Both the position numbers and the translations under genes were made by a program. A DNA stretch of 64,000 bases, from NCBI GenBank assembly GCA_965215195.1, contig CBDCDC010000002.1, positions 2,400,001 to 2,464,000 on the forward strand, in the 5' to 3' direction. Shown piece after piece: positions 37,437 to 46,317 of this stretch. This DNA comes from Candidatus Latescibacterota bacterium. GTDB taxonomy: Bacteria; Latescibacterota; UBA2968; UBA8231. The notes below the pieces were generated by a model. It saw only the letters and a program-made list of their open reading frames with translations. It made no database searches and was not told the origin of the DNA. Positions within the stretch are counted from its first letter, which is position 1. Each line of letters starts with the position of its first letter.

Positions 37437-39649
37437 GTTCTTTCTCCTTGGTCTTCGTTGAGAAAAGTCCCCAATGCTTCCTCAAGCGTCTTGCGAACAC
37501 CTTCTCGATTCACTCGTTCAGCATCTGCTGCACGTGCCTCTGCCCTTCTCCGCTTTATCTCGTCTGCGAGCAATTTGTGCTGTCGGTCCGCATTCTTTTT
37601 GAAGTGCTTAATGAAATCCCGTGAAATCTCCTCCAGCATTTGCTTAGCCCCCTGTTCGAGTCCATCGGGAAGTGACGCGAAAAGACCTTCCAACTCCCTT
37701 CGGGTACTTGCCTTAAGCTGTGCTTGTCGGGTTTTTATGCCCGCCTGACGATACCTCTCCCTTTCTTCTGCCAGACGGGCCTCTGCCCGCCTCAGACGTG
37801 CTTTGGTGTTGTCAGCGTCTCGCTGCAATTTTGGGAGTTCACCTCTGGCCTTTTGCATCTCTGTCCGCATATTTTTGAGAGGCGCGATCTTCCGTTCTAA
37901 ATCGGAAACCTTCTTATCCGCCGCCTTGAATTTGCGTTCCCATTCCTCCACGCGGCTGTAGTCTTTGCGTTGCCGCTGCACCGCGACCTCCTCTTCTTTG
38001 GGACCAAGTAGCCAGTCTAGGAAGCCTAATCCACCACGCTTTACTTTTTTCGTCTCGTATGCAGTGTAATTTTCCACTTTTGGAGTTGGTTTCGGCCCGA
38101 GTTGCGTTCTATTTCGCACAGCCTTTTTGCGTTGCGTCTCTAAATTCTCTAACTGAGCAGACTGTCTCTTAAGTGTTTCGATCTCTGCCTCTCGCATTTG
38201 CACAGCCCGCTCGCACCTTGCGACCTCCCTCTTCAGCCTACCAATTTCGTCCTCGCGGCGGCTTAACACCTCACTCGCTTTGTCGGCGTGCTGTTTCAAT
38301 ACCGCCGTATCTATATCTAATTGAATGGAAACCTTCCCGACATTTAACGGAGCGACCGCTCTCACTTCGAGGTCATAGGCCAATCGACGCGCTGCTGCTT
38401 CCAACAGTCGGGAGACTCTGTTAAAAATAGATTTTTGCATTCTTCCTTTAAGCCATTCAGACACGTTCTTTTGCGCTAGATCTAGATTTTCTTGTTCGAG
38501 CAACTCAGCCCCTAGCCCATCGACAAACCCCATCATCTCTCGTTCAATTTGGAATTTCTCTTTGTCCAAAAAGCCAGAGAGGATCCTCAATTCCTCCATC
38601 AGAGTTTCTCGTGCCAATTGGAGAGTTTTCTCTAGTGAGTTTTGTAGGTTTTCTTCGGCTTCTTTGAGCTGCTTTTTCGCTTCCTCCAATTCCCTTTCGG
38701 CCCCGCACTCTTTCTCAATTTTTTTGATGCGTTCGATCTCCGCCTTGCAAATTTCGCGCAAGAGTAATAATGGATGCCTTCGTAGTGCCGAAGTCGGATC
38801 CTCTAAAGCACTCTTCCGCAGATCGTGCTTAAAGCGGACCTCTTCGTTCTCTAGTTCCTGCTCGCCCTCACAGTAAGCACCACCTTCGAAAGCGCGTTTG
38901 GCAGAGAGCGTATAAATGTCTTCGCGAGGAAGATCGGGAACTCTCCGGCGAAGTTCCTCTCTAAACTGCTCAAACTCATCGCCCATCTTTGCGTATTGAT
39001 CGCACTTGTTGATGACAACCATGACGCGGTCGGCAATGGACCGTGCCTTTTTGATCAACTCGGCATCGCTCTTGCGCCCAATCCCATCGACAGGAACCAC
39101 GACAATGGTCACATGGGACATACCAAGCTGGTGCATGCTCCGCGCTTCCAATTCTGTATTGCCATTGAGTCCAGGCGTATCCACGAGCACAAGGCCGGTT
39201 AGTTGCCTCTCGCTTTCTACGGGCAGTGCAACCTCGACTCGTTCAATGGTCTCCCAAGCATCTTCATCAAGGGTGGTCCGGGCACTGACTTCGGAAAGGG
39301 GCATGGCGTCCGTATCGCCATTCGCATAAACGACGGTGGCCGGTCGATTCTCATCAAAGCTCTCTTCGTCGCTCCACCGAACCCAAGTCGGCACGGCCGT
39401 ACACTCCAATTGGTCGGTCGCAAGCAGGTCTTCTCCGATGAAAGCGTTGAGGAGGGTGGATTTTCCCGTGTTGAACTCGCCCATCACGGTGATGCAAAGG
39501 CGTTGTTGTTCAAAATGCACGAGCGAACTCTCGAAAGCCCTTTGGTCGCGCTCGCGGTCTTCAAGGCCTTCAAGAGCTTTCCAAATCGGCTCGGCCTGCC
39601 GACGCAAAGCAGCCGTCTCAGCCTTCAACGTTTCTCGCGAAATCCTCAT
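37433..39649 (-). CDS. Dynamin-like GTPase 1
   Basis: G1 GEFNTGKS, G2 LECT, G3 DTPG, G4 NKCD; amphipathic RGGLGFLDWLLG; AAGGAG RBS before ATG 39649. Confidence 0.92.
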   Translation of the reverse strand: MRISRETLKAETAALRRQAEPIWKALEGLEDRERDQRAFESSLVHFEQQRLCITVMGEFNTGKSTLLNAFIGEDLLATDQLECTAVPTWVRWSDEESFDENRPATVVYANGDTDAMPLSEVSARTTLDEDAWETIERVEVALPVESERQLTGLVLVDTPGLNGNTELEARSMHQLGMSHVTIVVVPVDGIGRKSDAELIKKARSIADRVMVVINKCDQYAKMGDEFEQFREELRRRVPDLPREDIYTLSAKRAFEGGAYCEGEQELENEEVRFKHDLRKSALEDPTSALRRHPLLLLREICKAEIERIKKIEKECGAERELEEAKKQLKEAEENLQNSLEKTLQLARETLMEELRILSGFLDKEKFQIEREMMGFVDGLGAELLEQENLDLAQKNVSEWLKGRMQKSIFNRVSRLLEAAARRLAYDLEVRAVAPLNVGKVSIQLDIDTAVLKQHADKASEVLSRREDEIGRLKREVARCERAVQMREAEIETLKRQSAQLENLETQRKKAVRNRTQLGPKPTPKVENYTAYETKKVKRGGLGFLDWLLGPKEEEVAVQRQRKDYSRVEEWERKFKAADKKVSDLERKIAPLKNMRTEMQKARGELPKLQRDADNTKARLRRAEARLAEERERYRQAGIKTRQAQLKASTRRELEGLFASLPDGLEQGAKQMLEEISRDFIKHFKKNADRQHKLLADEIKRRRAEARAADAERVNREGVRKTLEEALGTFLNEDQGERT

Positions 39650-39903
39650 TTTAGTACACTCCTTGATTGCGGATGTACTAGGGCCGTAGGCTATGTATTT
39701 ATTGTAAGAACTTGGATCAGCGAGGTGCTGACATCGCCCTGACGGCTCCCGAGGGAGCCGGGCAGTGTCGTAGTCGCGCAAATTGATGCGGGAATCCTAC
39801 CTATTTACTCAGCGGTTGGAAGCTATCCAACCGTTTCAGAATGAGCTCTTGTATTCAGCAGGCCACCCGACATAGGACGACTTGCGCTACTACGACGGCA
39901 TTG

Positions 39904-39931
39904 AATATACGCCATAAATTCAGGAATACAA
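39904..39931 (-). promoter_or_regulatory. Candidate sigma70 promoter of the dynamin operon
   Basis: TTGTAT-N16-TATATT on the minus strand. Confidence 0.5.
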
Positions 39932-39969
39932 GGGAGAAAATCGACGCCATGCCGCTGCGCGTACCGTGC

Positions 39970-40089
39970 TAAGAAGCCGTCTGCTTCACCGCGCCTTTAG
40001 GCGTGACAAACCCCTGTCGGGCTGCTTTGCAAGGCGATCCAGCGACCTCGGCGTCCGGCGTTGTTCGAGGGCGAGACGCCCTCGATCCC
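39970..40089 (+). repeat. ~118-bp repeat element (inverted partner at ~42267-42382)
   Basis: agaagc.gtctgcttcaccgcgcctttaggcgtgacaaacc ... tcgagggcgagacgccctcgatcc shared in inverted orientation. Confidence 0.8.
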
Positions 40090-40153
40090 AGCGGCTTGGA
40101 GTCAAGGCCGAGAGCGAAACCTTAGCTTTTGCAGGGTAGGGGTCTAGCGCAGA

Positions 40154-41143
40154 CTACGACTCCCAAGGAACGGGCACAGCGATCTCTGTGGCGATGCACT
40201 GCAACATGCCGAGATGTTCTTCGGCCAGTGGGATGCCGCTTTGCACGTGTGCTTGTTCGCGTTGCCATTCCAAGCTGCCGGGAACTTCGGCGCTTGCCAA
40301 GCCCGGCATGGGGTTCAGCGACCGGCTCTCGCGCAAAATGCGAGCAATCTCTGCCTTATAAGCCTCCAAATCGCCCAACCGCGCCACATCAATCGCCACA
40401 ATCGTGAACCCCCGCGTGGCACTTGCAAATGTTGGGTTGTGCGATTCAGGCGTCGCCGTGCCCGCTAAAATGCCCGCCAAGAACCACGACGTAAATCGCA
40501 TTCCCAAACTCTTAAAAACAAAATCTGGAAATGTCAGCAATGCTTCGGGAAGTTTGCTGCGGTCCTTCAACATGTTCGCATTCATATCCAGTACAAACGG
40601 CGGATCTTCTGCCGTTGGAATGCCAAAACACATCGGCGGAGAATGCATCGCATCCCATACCGTTGCATTGGGGCACGTCGGCTTTTCCCAAGCGATACCT
40701 CCTGCTACACAAAAGGTCGCCAAGTCGCGTGTTAGTGCTAGTCGCGCATAAATCCCCACGCTGCCCACATGGCCGTGATTGCGCGTACACGCAACGGCAA
40801 TGCCATTTGCTTTCGCCTTTTCAATGACGGCCTCTGTCGCCCGCGTTGCCACCAAGTAACCCGCACCACCGTCGCCGTCAAAAATCGCCATTGAAGGAGC
40901 ATCCATGATTTGGGCAATCTCGGGTTGTGGGTTAATACGCCCCTCGCGAAACTCAGCCACATACCGTTGCAACTGGCGCGTACCGTGGGAGACCACTCCG
41001 CGCAAATCCACCTCCACCAGATAGCGCGCAATCAACGCAGCATCGCCGTCGGGCAAGTGGACTTTGCACAGTACTTCGGTGGCAAAATCGCGCAACAGAT
41101 CAGGCATAATGCGCTTGGCGTCTTTGGGAATACAAACAGGCAT
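40154..41143 (-). CDS. Ldh_2 family (malate/L-lactate/ureidoglycolate dehydrogenase-like)
   Basis: DLRGVVSHG, FDGDGGAG, RNHGHVG. Confidence 0.88.
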   Translation of the reverse strand: MPVCIPKDAKRIMPDLLRDFATEVLCKVHLPDGDAALIARYLVEVDLRGVVSHGTRQLQRYVAEFREGRINPQPEIAQIMDAPSMAIFDGDGGAGYLVATRATEAVIEKAKANGIAVACTRNHGHVGSVGIYARLALTRDLATFCVAGGIAWEKPTCPNATVWDAMHSPPMCFGIPTAEDPPFVLDMNANMLKDRSKLPEALLTFPDFVFKSLGMRFTSWFLAGILAGTATPESHNPTFASATRGFTIVAIDVARLGDLEAYKAEIARILRESRSLNPMPGLASAEVPGSLEWQREQAHVQSGIPLAEEHLGMLQCIATEIAVPVPWES

Positions 41144-41165
41144 GAAAGTCTCCTATCTACGACCG

Positions 41166-42185
41166 TCAGAAGTCATTCCGCACTTTCTCCGGCATCCCCG
41201 ATCTGAGGGAGGCCCAACACGCAAGCCCTGTGGCAACGACCCGTGCTCCCTCGCGGACGCCGACCCAAGGCTTTGTCCCGTTCAGGACGCAATCTGCCAT
41301 GTGCCGCAGCATGACGATCATTTCGCTGGCGTGACCCCGCATAGATGAGAATTCTGCTGTGATCTTGCGCGAGGGCAGGTCGCCGGTTGGGTCGAGGCTT
41401 TTTACGCCGTTGTGAATGGTGCCACGGGTTCCGTAAACGGTCAGGCTGTTCATCGGAACGTCGTGTGGGTGGATGATGCCGAGGAAGTTCGCAATGCGTC
41501 CGATCTTGCCGGATGTGAACTTTGCGTTGATGACGAAGTTGTCCTCTTGGGGATAGTCCGGTGCGACGCCGCTGCGCAGCCCGTAACAGTGGACTTCGTC
41601 GATGTCGCCCATGAACCAGCGCAAAAGATCAATCGGGTGGCAGGCACCGCCGAGGATCAGGTCTTGGGGCATTTCGACCCGCCAAGAGGAGTAGTCATAG
41701 ACCGGGCGGAGATCGTGAACGTAGTGGGCCTCGGCCATGAAGAGTTCGCCGATCTCGCCGGCATCGCAGGCGCGCTTCGCCTCGATGAAGTCATACCGGC
41801 CGCGCAGACTTTGGGTGACGAGCAACACCTTGCCGGATCGGTCAACAGCTTCCACAACCTGCTCCACCTCTTCCATCGCGTACACCATCGACTTGGTGAC
41901 CATCACATGCTTACCTGCATCAAGTGCGGTCAAGATCTGCTGCGCGTGGAGCGGTCCGGGCGTGTAGATGCCAATGATGTCGAGGTCGCTGCGCGCGACC
42001 AGTTCGTCGAAATCAGAGGTGAGGACGTCAATTCCAAACTCGCGCCCGAGCGCTTCGAGCTTGTCCTGCTGCGCGTCGCACAGCGCGGTGACGCGGACCG
42101 GCAAGGCCCTGTTTTCTGGCTGGTTAGCGCCAAGCAGGGTTCGGCCGTGGCCGAGTCCGGCGACGCCTATGCTGAGTTGGCTCAT
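41166..42185 (-). CDS. Gfo/Idh/MocA oxidoreductase
   Basis: IGVAGLGHG, GKHVMVTK, GACHPIDL. Confidence 0.88.
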   Translation of the reverse strand: MSQLSIGVAGLGHGRTLLGANQPENRALPVRVTALCDAQQDKLEALGREFGIDVLTSDFDELVARSDLDIIGIYTPGPLHAQQILTALDAGKHVMVTKSMVYAMEEVEQVVEAVDRSGKVLLVTQSLRGRYDFIEAKRACDAGEIGELFMAEAHYVHDLRPVYDYSSWRVEMPQDLILGGACHPIDLLRWFMGDIDEVHCYGLRSGVAPDYPQEDNFVINAKFTSGKIGRIANFLGIIHPHDVPMNSLTVYGTRGTIHNGVKSLDPTGDLPSRKITAEFSSMRGHASEMIVMLRHMADCVLNGTKPWVGVREGARVVATGLACWASLRSGMPEKVRNDF

Positions 42186-42266
42186 TGTCGTTTTTCTCCC
42201 AGTTGAAGTTCTAAGAAGCGGTCTGAAAATTCCGCGAACCGTCCCTTGTGTGCAGCAAACAATCGA

Positions 42267-42382
42267 GGATCGAGGGCGTCTCGCCCTCGAAAAACGCGCC
42301 ATCCGAGGGCCGCTTGACCACTACTCAACGCGGTCCGCCAGCGGTTTGTCACGCCTAAAGGCGCGGTGAAGCAGACCGCTTC
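42267..42382 (-). repeat. Inverted partner of the 39970-40089 element
   Basis: Both ends match the first copy; the middle diverges. Confidence 0.8.
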
Positions 42383-42391
42383 TAACGCCTG

Positions 42392-43639
42392 TCAAAGGGG
42401 GCCGCGGCATCCAGTTTGTGTGGCCGTCCAACTGGCGATGAAGTCGGCCGTGCCATAGTCCGCGGGCATCTCGTTGAAGTAGTGCTTCATCGGGGTGGCC
42501 TGGAAGCCCGGCACAAAGTGTTCCTCATCCGCTTGCAGCAGGGCCTCGAGCCGACTGAAGCGATCCCAAAGCGCACGGGCCTCGTCCGGGGTGAATCGAT
42601 CGGCGAACTTCGGCCCCCAGTTGAGCGTGATGGGGTGCTTCCCCAAAACGCGACTTCGGAGGTCTGCGGCGATTCCACGAAGCGGGGGATCCTTTTGCAG
42701 TCGAATCGCAAGCGCTGCCTTGCAGAGAAAGACCGTTGACAGCATTCTGCCTTTCTCGGCCCGCTCTAAGTGGAGGCTGTCCAAGGCGCCTATATACGCG
42801 GGGCCATCTCCCGCGAGAACGGCCCGCAGAGCCGACTCCGTGTGCTGCTTCATTTGCTCGCTGCGGTCGTTCCAGCGCGCGAATGCCGCCTGTGCGTCTG
42901 CGGAGATGTGGTCGGCAAACGAGAGGTCGTCAATTGAAGTATAGGTCGAGAAGCCGCCGTGAACGGTTCGCCGCATTTTGGGGCTGTAGTTGCTGCCCCA
43001 GTGGAGGATCGGGAGAATGTAAACCACGCCGTCACCGGCTTTGAGATGGGTCTGCACACCATTGGGCAGCGGGCAGCGGGGATCGGCTAACATCCGTTCG
43101 TTCTCTGCGGGCGTATTCAGCCGCAGATGACTGCCCGGCACTACCCAAAGGACGCTGTCGTCGTAGAGCGGGATGTTCCACTGGACGTAGCGCGGGCCGC
43201 CTTCGAGAATGTCGTCGATATAGCCTTGCAGCGGTGCCGTGTCGATGGGGTGGAGATCGCGGTGCCATTTTGCCGGGCCGTGCGCTCTGACGGGATTGCA
43301 CATCATCATCATCTCTGTGACGGCCCCATCCGCTATATCGAGGAGTTCTGTGCTGACCCCGTGGATATTCTCTGCGAGCCATACCTCGACCGCGGGCGCG
43401 GTCTCTCGGTCAATTTGATTGACGAGCGGCGGCCTTGAGAGTTGGAGGCGGGGCTGCGGAGCGGTCTCCCAGACGCCTTCAGGTGGATCACTTTCTGTGC
43501 GCTCGGCCTTCCAATTCTCGCGCTGGCGGTTGACGAGCGTTTCGTATGCCTGCCGGACGCGTTCGAGTTTGTCGCGTGGCACGGCTTCCTCGACGATGAG
43601 GTAGCCGGTTTCGAGAAATTCGTCGCGGTTGAGTTTCAT
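42392..43639 (-). CDS. PhyH-family dioxygenase with C-terminal extension
   Basis: FLETGYL, WHRD, WVVPGSH, LHWG. Confidence 0.85.
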   Translation of the reverse strand: MKLNRDEFLETGYLIVEEAVPRDKLERVRQAYETLVNRQRENWKAERTESDPPEGVWETAPQPRLQLSRPPLVNQIDRETAPAVEVWLAENIHGVSTELLDIADGAVTEMMMMCNPVRAHGPAKWHRDLHPIDTAPLQGYIDDILEGGPRYVQWNIPLYDDSVLWVVPGSHLRLNTPAENERMLADPRCPLPNGVQTHLKAGDGVVYILPILHWGSNYSPKMRRTVHGGFSTYTSIDDLSFADHISADAQAAFARWNDRSEQMKQHTESALRAVLAGDGPAYIGALDSLHLERAEKGRMLSTVFLCKAALAIRLQKDPPLRGIAADLRSRVLGKHPITLNWGPKFADRFTPDEARALWDRFSRLEALLQADEEHFVPGFQATPMKHYFNEMPADYGTADFIASWTATQTGCRGPL

Positions 43640-43663
43640 GGCGGACTCCTCTTTTACTTTGCG

Positions 43664-43963
43664 TTAGACCGGGTGCATCTGGACTTCTCGATCCAGTCTG
43701 TCCGCTAAGGCTTCAAGTGTCGTTTCGAGTTCGTACCGCGTTTGAAGATTCATCCAGAATTGTGCTTCCATCCTAAAGAAACGACCTAGTCGCAAAGCCG
43801 TATCTGCCGTGATCCCTCGCTTGCCATGCACAATTTCATTGATGCGACGCGGTGGCACACCGATTGCCCGCGCCAAATGGTATTGACTGATTTGCATTGG
43901 CTTGAGAAAATCCTCGAATAGGATTTCACCTGGATGGATTGGTGGAAAGTCTCGTTTGGTCAT
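43664..43963 (-). CDS. higA: HigA/VapI antitoxin (HTH)
   Basis: [35 protein letters not shown]. Confidence 0.93.
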   Translation of the reverse strand: MTKRDFPPIHPGEILFEDFLKPMQISQYHLARAIGVPPRRINEIVHGKRGITADTALRLGRFFRMEAQFWMNLQTRYELETTLEALADRLDREVQMHPV

Positions 43964-43973
43964 GATTTTCACC

Positions 43974-44255
43974 TCAATGATAATCAACGATCTCGACATC
44001 AAAGGCATTATCGTTACGCCATACGAAGCACACACGCCACTGATCGTTCACGCGAATGCTATGCTGCCCCTGCCGGTCATGGCTCAGTGCTTCGAGCCGG
44101 TTGCCGGGCGGTACGCGTAGGGTTTCAAGAATCGTAGCAGCGTTGAGTTGCTCGAGTTTGCGTGCAGCTATTCGTTGAATAGTATGCGGCAATTTGCGGG
44201 AAAATTGGCCGCGAAAAACTTTTTCGGTCTCCTTGTCCTTAAACGATTTAATCAT
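43974..44255 (-). CDS. higB: HigB (RelE-like) toxin
   Basis: [34 protein letters not shown]. Confidence 0.93.
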   Translation of the reverse strand: MIKSFKDKETEKVFRGQFSRKLPHTIQRIAARKLEQLNAATILETLRVPPGNRLEALSHDRQGQHSIRVNDQWRVCFVWRNDNAFDVEIVDYH

Positions 44256-44261
44256 ATTTTG

Positions 44262-44290
44262 ATCATAACGACTCTCGTTAGCAACATCAA
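44262..44290 (-). promoter_or_regulatory. higBA promoter with palindromic operator; probably leaderless
   Basis: TTGATG-N17-TATGAT, 6 nt before ATG; TAACGA-ctc-TCGTTA palindrome overlapping the spacer. Confidence 0.65.
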
Positions 44291-44431
44291 ACGTATTGAC
44301 GAGCTGATTCGAGTGCCGATTCAGCGTGAGAAAGCACTTTCCCAAGGGGTTCTGGTTTGCGTTGACAAAGAACTTCCAGCCACAACCACGCGATGTTGCC
44401 TTCGTCCAATAATCACACAGGAATCCAACCC

Positions 44432-45421
44432 ATGCCTAAACTAACCCCTTCTCAACTCGACCACTACCGCGAGCACGGCTTCGTCCTTGTCGAAGACCTC
44501 CTCAACCCCACCACCGACATCGATCCGGTCTTGGCCGAATACGACGCAGTCCTCGACGAGCTCGCCAACGAGCTTTTCGCCACAGGTCAGATCGCCTCCA
44601 CCTACGCCGATCTCGGCTTTGATGAGCGCCTCTGCCAGATCTACAATGAAACCGGCCAAGTTCACGCCCAGCACTTCGACATCTCCCTGCCCCAAGGCGG
44701 CATCGGCCCGGACTCGCCCATCGCGGTTGGCCCGGCCACCTTCGCGATGCTGCGCCACGAAAAGCTCCTCGACATCATCGAAGACCTCATCGGCCCGGAA
44801 ATCTACTCCAACCCGGTCCAGCACATCCGCATCAAACCGCCCGAGCAGCACCTGCCCGGCATCCCCAAAGATCACCACGGCCGCATCGCCGGCTTCGCGG
44901 TTGGGGCCACGCCTTGGCACCAAGACAACGGAGTAGTCCTGCCCGAGGCCGACGAGACCGACATGCTCACCGTGTGGGTGCCGCTGACCAATGCCTTCCG
45001 CGAGCACGGCTGTATCGAAGTCGTGGCCGGCAGCCACCGCGATGGCCTGTTGCACCACTGCTTGTTCAAGGGCGTCGGCCACTTTATCCAAGACCAAGAG
45101 CTAGCCCTCGACCGCGTCGTCACCGCCGAAATGAAGCGCGGCGATGTGCTCTTCATGCATCGGCGGACTTGCCATTCGTCGCTGCCCAACGTCAGCGAGC
45201 AGGTGCGGATCAGCTTCGACCTCCGCTACAACCCCACTGGCCAGCCCACCGGCCGGCCGCTCTTTCCCGGCTTTGTCGCCCGCAGCCGCAAAGATCCCCA
45301 CAGCGAACTGCGCGACCCAGCGGCTTGGGCGCAATTTTGGTACGACGCTCGCGAAAGACTGACTGACAAAAACTTGCCCTCCTTCAATCGCTGGCCGTTT
45401 GAAGACCCCACCTGCGCCTGA
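44432..45421 (+). CDS. PhyH-family dioxygenase
   Basis: YREHGFV, PWHQD, VWVPLT, CHSS, RISFDLRY. Confidence 0.9.
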   Translation: MPKLTPSQLDHYREHGFVLVEDLLNPTTDIDPVLAEYDAVLDELANELFATGQIASTYADLGFDERLCQIYNETGQVHAQHFDISLPQGGIGPDSPIAVGPATFAMLRHEKLLDIIEDLIGPEIYSNPVQHIRIKPPEQHLPGIPKDHHGRIAGFAVGATPWHQDNGVVLPEADETDMLTVWVPLTNAFREHGCIEVVAGSHRDGLLHHCLFKGVGHFIQDQELALDRVVTAEMKRGDVLFMHRRTCHSSLPNVSEQVRISFDLRYNPTGQPTGRPLFPGFVARSRKDPHSELRDPAAWAQFWYDARERLTDKNLPSFNRWPFEDPTCA

Positions 45422-45426
45422 ACGCT

Positions 45427-46281
45427 ATGGTCGAATTGGAATTGAGCGCGGCCGAACGCGACGTACGCAAGCTAAAACCGGAGCACTTGCAACAGGCTGT
45501 CGCCGCCTTGCACGACGATGGCTTCGTCGTCCTCCACCACGCCATTGATCCCGCGCATATCAAAGTGTTGCGCGAGCGCATGCTCGCCGACGTCGAAGCG
45601 ATCCTCGCCCTCGCCGACGTCCCCTATCAGTTCAACGACGGGCATCTGCAACAGGACCCGCCGCCCTTTCCGCCTTACCTCTTCCGCGACGTGCTAGTCA
45701 ACGACCTCGTCGTCGAAATAACTCAGGCCGTGCTCGGCGAGGGCGTCAAAAACGCCTTCTACAGCGGCAACACCTGCCTGCCCAACACCACCCAGCAACC
45801 CCTCCACGTGGACGCGGGTCAGCTCTGGCCCAATCTCGAGGTGGCGACGCCGGCCTACGGCATGGTCGTCAATGTGCCCGTCGTCGATGCTACGCCCGCA
45901 AACGGCAGCACCGAACTGTGGCCCGGCACCCACCTAGACACCACCCGCGCCCTCAGCGACGGCGACATCAAGCTGCCGCCCGCAACCGAAGAACGCCTCC
46001 GCGCCGAGTGCAAGCCCCTACAGCCGAGCGTGCCCGCCGGCAGCGTGCTGATCCGCGACATGCGCCTCTGGCATCGCGGCATGCCCAACCTCACCGACCA
46101 GCCTCGCCCGATGATTGCCATGATCCACTGGGTGCGCTGGTGGCACACAGAGAAGCCGCTGTTGTTTCCCAAGGGGACGGAAGAATTGTTTGCAGATAGT
46201 GCGTTGGAGACGGTAGCGGAGTTTGTCGATGGGCCGATCGACTATATCAGCCGCAATCGGAAATACGATTACTCCGAGTAG
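45427..46281 (+). CDS. PhyH-family dioxygenase
   Basis: DDGFVVL, LHVD, GSTELWPGTH, WHRG. Confidence 0.9.
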   Translation: MVELELSAAERDVRKLKPEHLQQAVAALHDDGFVVLHHAIDPAHIKVLRERMLADVEAILALADVPYQFNDGHLQQDPPPFPPYLFRDVLVNDLVVEITQAVLGEGVKNAFYSGNTCLPNTTQQPLHVDAGQLWPNLEVATPAYGMVVNVPVVDATPANGSTELWPGTHLDTTRALSDGDIKLPPATEERLRAECKPLQPSVPAGSVLIRDMRLWHRGMPNLTDQPRPMIAMIHWVRWWHTEKPLLFPKGTEELFADSALETVAEFVDGPIDYISRNRKYDYSE

Positions 46282-46317
46282 GCCCAGCAGTCCGGCCCCT
46301 GCATGGGGCCGCAACGC

